DNA from: a virus
Virus record (IMG/VR): IMGVR_UViG_3300045988_124250
Length of the DNA stretch: 64,000 bases
Direction: 5' to 3' (one strand)
Under the pieces are notes generated by a model, which did not search any database, had not been told where the DNA came from, and was given only the letters and a program-made list of their open reading frames with translations. A program made the translations under genes and the position numbers. Positions 42,101-50,830 of the stretch are shown piece after piece (the first letter of the stretch is position 1; every line of letters begins with the position of its first letter).

Positions 42101-44183
42101 ATATACAGCTAAACCAGTTAATGGTGCAGGAGAGTTGAAATTTACTATACCCACTGGCACTGGAGCTACTTCAGTTGCTCTTGGTAATCATAATCATGAT
42201 AAGGTATATAAAAAGATTCAAACAGCAGTATCTAGTCCTGCAGCATCCAACACAGATATTTCATTTATTGATACAGTGTCATAGGATACTTAGGGTAAAA
42301 TTACTGCAACTAAAAAGACGGTAAGAGATGCTTCAGCTAGTCAATCTGGTATTGTATCTACTAAGACTCAAACATTTGCTGGAGAAAAAACCTTAAATGA
42401 TAAAACTCATTTCTCTAAAGGTTTTGATTTAAAAACTAGTAGTGGAAGTGCTTAGTTTAACGCAAGTACTGTAAGCGTTAGTAATGGTACTGATTATGTT
42501 GATTTATATGTTTCTACTGTTGGTGGCGGAAATGGTGATAAAACTAAGCCATTAGTATTAAATGCTAATGCAAATGGCTCTGGTAATGTAGGTATTGGAA
42601 TTACTTAGCCAACAGAGAAATTAGAAGTAAATGGTAATGTTAAAGCTACTCAGTTTAAAGGTAATGCTGACACAGCTGATAAATGGAAAACACCAAGAAC
42701 ATTTACTATTGGAACAGCTAAAAAAACTGTAGATGGTAGTTCTAATGTAAGTTGGACTCTAGATGAATTAGGAATAGCAACCTCTGGCCATAATCATGAT
42801 ACTGTTTATGTAAAAAAATCTGGTGATACAATGACTGGATTATTAAAAACAAATGGTAGTATTGAAAATCAAGGAGAAGCTAAATTTACTCATCCTGATT
42901 ATTGCCCAGACATTGAAGACACAGCGGAGAATATTGGCTGTGCATTTAAAGCTAGCCGTGGTCATTTTAATCAAATGAATGTAAATGAAATTTATTTACC
43001 TGCTACTACAACTACAAATTATGAAGGAAATAAAATTTCATTTAAAACCTATTCAGGTGGGAATAATGGCGCTTATGCTAATGTATCTGAAGTTGCTCAA
43101 ATTAATACAACTGGGTTAATAGTAGGCTCTTCTAGTATTGGTACTAATGGTTATATTGAAGGCACTTGGTTAAAAACTACCAATGCTGGAAATAAAGCAG
43201 GAGATTTTGCTACTATTGATAGTTCTGGATGGATTTATAAACGTACAGCAGCACAAGTTTTATCAGACATTGGAGCCGCATCAAGTTCACATAATCATGA
43301 CACTAATTATGTGAAAAAAACCGGTGACACAATGACTGGCCAATTAGCCATTGATAAAGCTGGATATGGATTCCGAGTAAATAATGGATCAACTGGTTAT
43401 ATTGAGCTATCTCGTGATAACGGTGGTGCATAGTTATATGGATTATGGGATTGTATTGCACAAAATTGGGTTATTTAGTGTGATGGAAATATTGGTATAC
43501 TAAATGGAAAAGTTCGAGTACCTGGCTTTTCAACTAGTTGGGTAGCCGGCCGTGATTCAGCTGTGGTTAAAATTTTTAGTTATAGTGGATATAATGCTAT
43601 AACATCAATGAAAACAACTAACGGCAGTTGGGAAAATGGAGTATATACTAATGATAGAATGTACTTTAATTATGTTCCAGACTCTAATTATAACGCTGGT
43701 ACAAACCAAGCGGCTCAAATATGGTTAGGGCCAGATGCTAGTTTACATGCTTCAGCAGTTTGGGGCGCAGTATGGAATGACTATGCTGAATGCCGTGAAG
43801 CAGATACTATTGAGCCAGGTAAATGCGTAATTGAAGTTGGTGATGATACTCTTATTACATCAACTGAACGCTTAATGCCGGGTGCGAATATTACATCTGA
43901 TACATTTGGTTTTTCTATTGGTGAAACTGAATAGGCAAAGACTCCAATAGCGGTAAGTGGACGTGTTCTTGCTTATCCCTATGAATCTCGTGAAGAATTT
44001 AAAAAGAATATTGGATGTCCAGTATGTTCTGGTCCTAATGGAACAGTTTCTATTATGACTGATGAAGAATATAGAAATAAAGGTTATTGCGCGATTGGTA
44101 CTATTTCAGCAGTTCCTGATTATGAAGAATGGGGAACGGGAAAAGTTAAAGTTAATGGGCGTGTATGGATTAAAGTATTTTAA
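39174..44183 (+). CDS. Long tail fibre protein (about 1669 codons, about 14 TAGs) with a tandem 22-aa His-x-His fibre repeat and a C-terminal domain shared with gene 38173
   Basis: ORF pieces 39174, 39843, 41751, 42831 and 43563 are all in frame 3 and linked only by TAG. Ends at TAA 44181-44183. The N-terminus carries the family anchor motif. Confidence 0.65.
40660..40949 (+). repeat. About 4.4 tandem copies of a 66-nt coding repeat (KS-x-TGH-x-H-x-I-x-DI-x-x-LQ-x-x-LD-x), a phage tail-fibre repeat
   Basis: Peptide repeats KSNVGHKHTIADTDGLQTALDN, KSNTGHTHTISNITDLQDVLDN, KAAKSHKHEISDITNLQKTLEG, KSDTGHKHGIADINGLQTALDG, KSDTGHTH. Confidence 0.8.
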
Positions 44184-44198
44184 TCTATAAATAAAAAA

Positions 44199-44245
44199 AT
44201 GGCGATTAAGAAAAACATTACAAGTTTTCTTAATCGCCATTTTTT
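44199..44245. terminator. Bidirectional rho-independent terminator between convergent genes
   Basis: 16-bp perfect inverted repeat atggcgattaagaaaa / ttttcttaatcgccat, flanked by an A-run and a T-run. Confidence 0.7.
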
Positions 44246-44271
44246 GTTTGCTCCATTGCATTATTTACATA

Positions 44272-44604
44272 CTATTGAATAACTTTATAACCATATTCAT
44301 CAATTTTTTTATTAGAAAAATAAGTAATTGGTTTACCCAATTTTCTAGCATAACAAATTTCTTGATAACCAGTTTGTCCAATATATTCATTTTCACCGGT
44401 AATAAAATAAACGGCATCAGCCATGTTAATTTTATTTTTACTAGAGTTTAATAATCTGGTTTCTGTGTCTGATGGTAATACAATATTATCTGCATGAGCA
44501 AATACTTTAGGAGATAAAACAATATGTCCTTCGAGAGACAGGATTGCTCCTAATTTCTCGAAGGACTCTTTAAACCTAGTGCTTCCGCACAAACAAATAA
44601 TCAA
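44272..44604 (-). CDS. Hypothetical Rossmann-like protein (110 aa, TAG-free), possibly nucleoside-2-deoxyribosyltransferase-like
   Basis: Intact ORF with a TTG start and RBS GAGGG. The N-terminal motif MIICLCGSTRF is the only basis for the functional guess. Confidence 0.4.
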   Translation of the reverse strand: MIICLCGSTRFKESFEKLGAILSLEGHIVLSPKVFAHADNIVLPSDTETRLLNSSKNKINMADAVYFITGENEYIGQTGYQEICYARKLGKPITYFSNKKIDEYGYKVIQ

Positions 44605-45018
44605 TTAACCCTCAGTCTTTTTAGGTTGAGCTTTATTTATATTGACCTCAGATTCAATTTTAGTAGTAATATATCCACTTAAATCACCGAGTGCTTCATT
44701 AAGATACTCTTTGGCATCTTCAGTTAAAATGCCCATTACAGCATCATAAGTTTTCTTGAATGCTTCCAATTGAGCATTTTTATCGAATGCATTTTGACCT
44801 TTCAAACTTTCAACATATGTTTGATTTGTTGCTAATACACAATCAGTAATTGTTTTATTGAGCATGTCCATATATTTTTGAAGAGTTTCATCATTAGTTT
44901 TAGCCTTTAACTCATTAGTTTTAGATTGAATAAAACGAACCAAGAATAGAGAAACAGCTGTTAATACTGGGACAATAAGAATATTGAAAATTTGTTGTAG
45001 CATTTCTAGCCAATCCAT
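44605..45018 (-). CDS. Membrane-anchored protein (137 aa, TAG-free) with an N-terminal TM helix and a charged/coiled C-terminus; possibly holin-like or superinfection-related
   Basis: Start MDWLEMLQQIF with RBS GGAGGAAAAC. Preceded by a near-consensus TTGACT-17-TATAAT promoter. Confidence 0.5.
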   Translation of the reverse strand: MDWLEMLQQIFNILIVPVLTAVSLFLVRFIQSKTNELKAKTNDETLQKYMDMLNKTITDCVLATNQTYVESLKGQNAFDKNAQLEAFKKTYDAVMGILTEDAKEYLNEALGDLSGYITTKIESEVNINKAQPKKTEG

Positions 45019-45043
45019 AAGTTTTCCTCCTCTTCCATTTTTC

Positions 45044-45076
45044 TGTATTATAAAATAAATTTTTGGAAAAGTCAAT
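45044..45076 (-). promoter_or_regulatory. Sigma-A-type promoter for the minus-strand gene 44605-45018 (TTGACT, 17-bp spacer, TATAAT)
   Basis: Reverse complement reads TTGACTtttccaaaaatttatttTATAAT. The -35 is at 45070-45075 and the -10 at 45047-45052. Confidence 0.55.
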
Positions 45077-45150
45077 AAATAACAATTCCTATTTAATATA
45101 AAAAATATTTTAGATAGATTTACTGAAAATAACCAGGCAAAAATCGTTAG

Positions 45151-45243
45151 TTGGTCCATCTCAATTTACATTATATAATGGAGGAGCCCAGTAAAATTTT
45201 TTACACCACTGTAAAATTTTTTACTTCGCTGTAAAAAATTTGG
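45151..45243 (+). promoter_or_regulatory. Plus-strand promoter (TTGGTC, 16-bp spacer, TATAAT) followed by two identical palindromic operators GTAAAA-TT-TTTTAC 20 bp apart, plus a third degenerate copy
   Basis: -35 at 45151-45156 and -10 at 45173-45178. Operator copies at 45191-45204 and 45211-45224, with a third copy gtaaaaaattt at 45231. Confidence 0.5.
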
Positions 45244-45265
45244 AAAGCGAGGTATTTTCTAGAAA

Positions 45266-45706
45266 ATGTATCCAAACAGTTATAACTATTATCCTCAATC
45301 TCAAAATCCCTACCTGAATCGTTATATGCCTACTAACCAATATACTCAACAACTTCAAGGATTAAAAGGTCGGCCGGTCTCTAGTCTTGAAGAAGTTCGA
45401 GCAACAGGTATTGATTTTGACGGGTCGGTTTTCTATTTTCCAGACTTAGCAAACCGACGTATCTACACAAAACAAATTAATTTAGATGGAACAGCTTCAT
45501 TAAATATGTATGAATTAAAAGCTACTCCTCCTCCAACAGCATAGCCAGAAGCAACACCATCTGACGCTTCTTATGTAAGCAAAGAAGAATTTGAAAAAAC
45601 AGTCACAATTCTAGTTAATGAAATTAATAAACTGAAAGGAGCTAACGCAGATGAATCCAAACCAAATGATGAATCCAATGGCGATGCTACAGAATTTAAA
45701 TTCTAA
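45266..45706 (+). CDS. Hypothetical Tyr/Gln/Pro-rich protein (146 codons, 1 TAG)
   Basis: ORF 45266-45544 continues in frame through TAG to TAA at about 45704-45706. Confidence 0.4.
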
Positions 45707-45855
45707 TCCCTTATTCCAATAGGCACAAAGAATGGCTCAAGGAAAATCCGAAGCAGAGATTATTCAAATCGCACGCAATATCTGCAAGGAAAAGGGAATC
45801 AATTTTGATGAAGCTTATTCTATCTTCCAATCTCAATATAATTAGAAAGGAATGT
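45651..45855 (+). CDS. Small hypothetical protein (about 67 codons, 2 TAGs) overlapping the 3' end of gene 45266 in another frame
   Basis: RBS AAAGGAG with a 9-nt spacer and ATG at 45651. Protein MNPNQMMNPMAMLQNL...KEKGINFDEAYSIF. Ends at TAA 45853-45855 just before the next gene's RBS. Confidence 0.35.
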
Positions 45856-45862
45856 AAAAATT

Positions 45863-46543
45863 ATGGCTTTAACTGAAAACGGATTATCTCCTGCTGATAT
45901 CATGGCAATGACTCAGGGCGACCGCAACGATAATGGTTTTGGCGGCACTTGGACTTGGGTATTCTTCTTATTCTTCCTCCTGGCTTGGGGCGGTGGTGGA
46001 CTATTTGGTGGCGGTTCTGCTACTCAGGGCGCTTTAACTCGCGCTGAATTAGCCGATGGTCTAGGCCGTCAAGATATGTTCCGCAACCAAGATATGATTC
46101 TCACCGAAGTGAGTGCATTTGAGCGTGATGCAGCTAATCGCTGGGGTAATATTCAATATGAAGTAATGAAAGGGTTAAACGATAATCGTTTCGCCCAGCA
46201 AGAATGTTGTTGCACAACTAATCGCAATATTGACGCTGTGAGATATGAGAATGCTAAAAATACTTGTGATATTGTAAATACCAACAACTTAAATACTCGT
46301 GATATTTTAACTAATCAAAATGCTGGTGTTCAGCGCATTCTTGATTATTTAACTGCCGATAAAATTGAGAGTCTACGTACTGAATTACAGTCTGCCAACT
46401 TAACAATTCAGAATATGAATCAGACTACTGATTTACTAAACACTTTACGTCCTTATCCTACTCCTGCATATATTACTTGCAGTCCTTACACCGCAAATAG
46501 TATGTATAATGCATTTAGTGGATGCAGCGCCTGCGGTAATTAA
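45863..46543 (+). CDS. Membrane/Cys-rich hypothetical protein (226 aa, TAG-free, higher GC)
   Basis: RBS GAAAGGAATG. Has a Gly-rich TM segment (TWTWVFFLFFLLAWGGGG), a CCC motif and a C-terminal CSAC. Ends at TAA. Confidence 0.6.
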   Translation: MALTENGLSPADIMAMTQGDRNDNGFGGTWTWVFFLFFLLAWGGGGLFGGGSATQGALTRAELADGLGRQDMFRNQDMILTEVSAFERDAANRWGNIQYEVMKGLNDNRFAQQECCCTTNRNIDAVRYENAKNTCDIVNTNNLNTRDILTNQNAGVQRILDYLTADKIESLRTELQSANLTIQNMNQTTDLLNTLRPYPTPAYITCSPYTANSMYNAFSGCSACGN

Positions 46544-46600
46544 TCTATTGAGGGAGGAAATATCCTCCCTCTATTCTAACTAAGAAAGGAGTTCATACGA

Positions 46601-47023
46601 ATGAGTACTTGTTCAAATTGCTCTAATCCAATTTTAAAGACTACCTCTACAACTAGCTAGACTCTTGCTACGGGTAATCCTATTCCACTCCAGAATAATA
46701 TATTCCAAAGTGGTTGTGGTATTTCTCATATTGCAGGTAGTACTGCGATTAGTTTAACTCGAACCGGCACCTATTTAGTTGCGGTGACTGCAACTGGTAA
46801 TGCCGGCTCTGGCAACACATTTTCAGTCCAGGCTTATAACAATGGAACTGCCATTCCTGCTGCTATAGCCAGTTTAGTGGACCAAGGCACAGTTCATTTT
46901 ACTACATTAGTAAAAGTATTACCATCTTGCCGTTCTATAAATAACAATGCCAATTTGACATTTGTTAACACTGGTGCGATAACCTATTCAACTGTTGAAG
47001 TCGATATTGTAAAGGTTGGGTGA
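46601..47023 (+). CDS. Small Gly/Thr/Ala-rich protein (140 codons, 1 TAG); C-terminal domain reminiscent of BclA/C1q-like exosporium proteins
   Basis: RBS AAAGGAG. Sequence ...GTYLVAVTATGNAGSGNTFSVQAYNNGTAIP... Ends at TGA 47021-47023. Confidence 0.5.
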
Positions 47024-47028
47024 GTTGA

Positions 47029-47550
47029 ATGGATTGTCAAGAATATATGATTTCTATAATTAAACGTCAAACAGAGGGAGTAGTTTATCATGAAAATATG
47101 ACTGATTACTATCGTTTTTTATGTTTAGACAGTTTAAAAGAAATCCATTGTCATCAATCTTAGGAAGAATTAGAAACTCTTCAATGTACTAAAGATTGTT
47201 ATGCGAAAATATATTTTTCAATTCCACAGTTTGAAATGGAAAACACAACATTAATCCCAGCAGAATGGTATAGTAAAACATCTATGGATGTCACCAAAGG
47301 AGCTATTAAATCATTAAGTAAAGAGAGTCTCTACCACTGGCTCGATTGGGAGAAGGAGACATTGAGCATCTATAAGGAAGCTGCAATGCACTTCAAAGAA
47401 AATATGGCGTTTCATCAATTAAAAATAGCTAAGAAATTAATTAAATGTATTTCCGCAGAAATTTGTGAAATTGAAGGATTGATTACAGAAGGGTTAGCCT
47501 ACGATTTTAGCCCTGAATTTTTAAAATACTATTATAAAATAGACGAATAA
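47029..47550 (+). CDS. Hypothetical protein (173 codons, 1 TAG)
   Basis: ATG at 47029. ORF 47236-47550 is the C-terminal part of the same frame. Ends at TAA. A terminator follows. Confidence 0.45.
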
Positions 47551-47560
47551 ATTATTATAA

Positions 47561-47600
47561 GCCGAGAATTAAGTTTTATTTAATTCTCGGCTATTTTTTA
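47561..47600. terminator. Bidirectional rho-independent terminator (gccgagaattaa / ttaattctcggc)
   Basis: 12-bp inverted repeat flanked by T/A runs, placed between convergent transcription units. Confidence 0.7.
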
Positions 47601-48092
47601 TTCTTTATAATTAGATAAGCTATTTCTAAATTTCTATTCTACCATTTGGAATAGTTTATCTCCAGTGTGGTTCCCACCCATTTTATTATAGGTTTCATGG
47701 TCACTCTCAATTTCTTCAAACTCATCGAGAGTAATTTCATGGTCTGGTTTTAATAATTTACGACAATCATCTTTAAATTGTTTACCCTAAATAGATAAAA
47801 CGCCACCACTCACAACATCTATTTTACCATTTATATTATAAATTTCTTGTTTTAAACTATCGGTTTCTTGTTTAGATAAATCTCGCTCGGTTTGCAATAA
47901 ACTAGCTGTGGTTTTATGCTCATCACTAATTTTGCTTTTTAATTCTTTAATAATTTTTTCATGAGCTTCATCTTCTAAACGCTATTTTTCTTTTTTATAT
48001 AAATTATAAAAATATTTAGCTAAACCCGTAAGTCCTAATGCGATTATACCAAATAAAAACTCAAGCCAATATTTGGCGATAAAATCAAGCAT
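47598..48092 (-). CDS. Membrane-anchored coiled-coil protein (164 codons, 3 TAGs)
   Basis: RBS AAAGGAG plus ATG at 48092. N-terminal TM helix MLDFIAKYWLEFLFGIIALGL, then a coiled coil. All in-frame stops are TAG until TAA at 47598-47600. Confidence 0.5.
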
Positions 48093-48170
48093 TTAAAAAA
48101 CTCCTTTCCGTAAGAATCTCTATCCATTTGTTCTTACAAATAAGGAGTTATTTTTTTTTGTATTTTGGCC

Positions 48171-48680
48171 TCATTCCCAATTATACTCTTCTTGAGGTTT
48201 AGTGAAATATGCAGTATACAAACATATAGCATCGCATACATCATCATTAGCCACTATACCATATTTATTTTTTACAAACTCAATATCTGCTTGTTTAAGA
48301 GCAACTCGTTTTACTTTTGGGCCGAGCTTCATTCCAAGTAATTTTCGCCATGATGATGAATTCATAAATTCAATAAAATCATAATCAATGTTAGTATCAA
48401 CACTATGAGCACCTAGGGCCACAGACCCTTGAAGCCACATCAAAACACGTTCAGTATGAGACTTGTTTCCATATGCTTCTGGATGCACATCTTCTGCAAC
48501 TATTTTACCAATATTATTTTCTTTTATTAAATCTACAATTTTATCAGTCATTTGTTTAATACGTTCAAGAGTATTATCTCCTGAAATAGGAATTAATCCC
48601 CATTTGAGCATTTCCCCTTTTTCAGAAGATAAACACCATCCAGTAGATTTAGATGATAAATCTAAAAATAATATATTCAT
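48171..48680 (-). CDS. RuvC-like Holliday junction resolvase (169 aa, TAG-free)
   Basis: RuvC-fold motifs ILFLDLSSKSTGW and DDVCDAICL. Confidence 0.7.
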   Translation of the reverse strand: MNILFLDLSSKSTGWCLSSEKGEMLKWGLIPISGDNTLERIKQMTDKIVDLIKENNIGKIVAEDVHPEAYGNKSHTERVLMWLQGSVALGAHSVDTNIDYDFIEFMNSSSWRKLLGMKLGPKVKRVALKQADIEFVKNKYGIVANDDVCDAICLYTAYFTKPQEEYNWE

Positions 48681-49237
48681 TAAGTTAGACTAGCTTGATT
48701 AGCTTCTGGACTACTTGTAGTAGAACCAAACCCACCAAGCCGCTGACCAAAAGCATTATCATCATCTGTTGTTAGATAAGGTTTAATAATGCCTTGGCCA
48801 ATCTTATCTCCCTTTTTAAGTTGAATATCAAATGTAGTAAGATTAATTACTTGAAAATAAATATGTCCTTCATTATCAGGATTATTATAATAATCAGCAT
48901 CAATAATTCCTACTCCATTAGCAAGAATAATCCAATGCTTTAGTGGGGTGGAGCTACGCACTGATAATTCAAGATATGTATCAGCATCAAGACAGCATTT
49001 AATTCCAGTGGGAACAAGAGTAGGTTTTATTTTTAATTCTTTAGTAAAACTAGCCATTTCGGTTAGAGTATAAATATGGCCTGTTCTACCCCATCGAACC
49101 ATTTCACTCATTTGGTTAGAATAAGATGGAATTATAATATCTTCAACCACAGTAAAATCATATCCTGCGGAATTAACTGTACTACGAGTGGGAATTACTG
49201 CATCAGGGTATTTAGAAACTCTTTCAAATTTAATCAT
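48680..49237 (-). CDS. dut: dUTP diphosphatase (185 aa, TAG-free)
   Basis: dUTPase motifs AGYDF, GIIDADYYN and RLGGFGSTT. Confidence 0.85.
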   Translation of the reverse strand: MIKFERVSKYPDAVIPTRSTVNSAGYDFTVVEDIIIPSYSNQMSEMVRWGRTGHIYTLTEMASFTKELKIKPTLVPTGIKCCLDADTYLELSVRSSTPLKHWIILANGVGIIDADYYNNPDNEGHIYFQVINLTTFDIQLKKGDKIGQGIIKPYLTTDDDNAFGQRLGGFGSTTSSPEANQASLT

Positions 49238-49488
49238 TAGAAATCAATTTGCTCCCCATATTTAATATTAACAACAGAAATAGGGTCTTTTTCATCATTA
49301 AATTTCTTAGTTAATGAAACTTGATACCATTCATCAATGATTTCGCCCTTCTGTTTCTTTTCCTTTTTTACAGAACTATACTTAGCCAGTTCATACATAT
49401 TATCATGCTTAGCTTTCTCAATTAAAGAAGTGGCACTGGCTTCATTATCAACTCTATATACTTCAGTTGTACTTACTAGGTATTCCAT
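49237..49488 (-). CDS. Hypothetical protein (83 aa, TAG-free)
   Basis: The start MEYLVST with RBS GGAGAAG is preferred over the upstream ATG of ORF 49237-49506. Confidence 0.4.
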   Translation of the reverse strand: MEYLVSTTEVYRVDNEASATSLIEKAKHDNMYELAKYSSVKKEKKQKGEIIDEWYQVSLTKKFNDEKDPISVVNIKYGEQIDF

Positions 49489-49766
49489 TATTTTTCTTCT
49501 CCACAATCAATAGTTAGATTTAAATTTTCATATGCATAATTAGTTTTACAAAATTCCATCATTCTTTGTTTCATTTCAAATGTGTAATCAGTAATACCTA
49601 ACAAATGAATTACATTAATATTATTATTTTTGCAATAGGATGGAATGGCTTCAACCATATCATCGAAGGTACAACTAAATGTATCTACGATATTGCCATT
49701 ATTATCTACTGCATAAATTTGTTGAACCATATCAAATGGCTGTAAACTACAAAACAAACGATTCAC
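49488..49766 (-). CDS. Hypothetical protein (92 aa, TAG-free)
   Basis: Intact ORF with a GTG start and RBS GGTGG. Confidence 0.4.
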   Translation of the reverse strand: MNRLFCSLQPFDMVQQIYAVDNNGNIVDTFSCTFDDMVEAIPSYCKNNNINVIHLLGITDYTFEMKQRMMEFCKTNYAYENLNLTIDCGEEK

Positions 49767-50308
49767 GAAAAATCCACCACCCCTGCATCATATCCAAATA
49801 AATAGAACATATAAATATTATCACTGATAGACATCCAAATTTCAATGGCGCCCTGTTCTTCATTCCAGTCTAATGTTTTAATCTTACCAACATCAGCTAG
49901 GCAATCTAATATAGATTTACCAAATGAATCAGCAATAATTGTTGGTTCATAATGAAATACAGTATAATAATTATAATCTCTACATAACATAAGATAATAA
50001 TTATTATTCATCTTTCGATGATAACTATTAATTTTTTGTTGATAATCTCCTAATGTATCTGTATCGGGGTCTGGTAATGAACGTACTAGAGATTTATTCA
50101 AATCATATAAATTTAAGTTTAAGTTAGCTTTAGTATCATCAACTTTATCAATAGTACCATAATTTGATACTTCTTCCCATTTACCATCCATATAACAATA
50201 TACTTTTTTATCTTCAGTATATGCTACTGCACCATTTTCAAATACTTGAGGAGAATATTTTAATTCATCAATGGTTTTTACACCAATACATTTTAATCCA
50301 TTAGTCAT
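49763..50308 (-). CDS. Hypothetical protein (181 aa, TAG-free)
   Basis: Intact ORF with RBS GGAGGG and a TGA stop. Confidence 0.5.
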   Translation of the reverse strand: MTNGLKCIGVKTIDELKYSPQVFENGAVAYTEDKKVYCYMDGKWEEVSNYGTIDKVDDTKANLNLNLYDLNKSLVRSLPDPDTDTLGDYQQKINSYHRKMNNNYYLMLCRDYNYYTVFHYEPTIIADSFGKSILDCLADVGKIKTLDWNEEQGAIEIWMSISDNIYMFYLFGYDAGVVDFS

Positions 50309-50335
50309 TTATTACCCTCCATTTTCTATATTATA

Positions 50336-50830
50336 TCACATTTTTTCCCATAAGTCAAATGGAGCGTAATAAACTTTTTGATTGTGTGAGCCACGCATAG
50401 GTAAGGTAATATCTCGTTGTTCAATCTTAAATGGACCGTCAATAATACAATCAATATTATCAACAATATTTTTTAGATGTGGCTCTCTGCACATAGCCAA
50501 TTCATCCATTGTATATCCAGTCCATAAAAAAATTTTTGTTTTAGGAAGAGCTTCTTTAATATGTTCAATAATTAAATCTACAAGGAATAGATTTTCTGGC
50601 GCAAGGGGCTCTCCTCCCATAATACAAAAATCACGATGTATACCATTAGCAGTAAGAGCATTTACTATATCATCTAATGTATTAGTAGTAAATTCTTTTC
50701 CGCCATTAAAATCCCAAGTTTCTGGATTCTAACAACCCTCGCAATGTCTGGCGCATCCTTGAGTGAAAAATGAGACACACACTCCAGGAGCTCCAGCAAT
50801 ATCATTTTTAATTATACCAGCGTATCTCAT
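50336..50830 (-). CDS. nrdG: Anaerobic ribonucleotide reductase activating protein (164 codons, 1 in-frame TAG directly after the radical-SAM Cys motif)
   Basis: Motif GCARHCEGC-TAG-NPETW, with the TAG codon at 50729-50731. ORF 50336-50620 is the C-terminal part. The start overlaps the nrdD stop as ATGA. Confidence 0.75.

Noticed and set aside
1-44183. Programmed frameshifting or sequencing errors as the cause of the broken structural ORFs
   Set aside because: No frame changes are needed anywhere. The interruptions are exclusively in-frame TAG.
50382-50732. Plus-strand ORFs inside the minus-strand block (50382-50732, 51604-51924, 52560-52742, 53180-53404, 54046-54237, 55549-55734, 60936-61121, 61146-61385, 48202-48384, 48463-48693)
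   Set aside because: They are antisense to well-supported genes (nrdG, nrdD, dnaE, recJ, ruvC), have no RBS and have odd composition.
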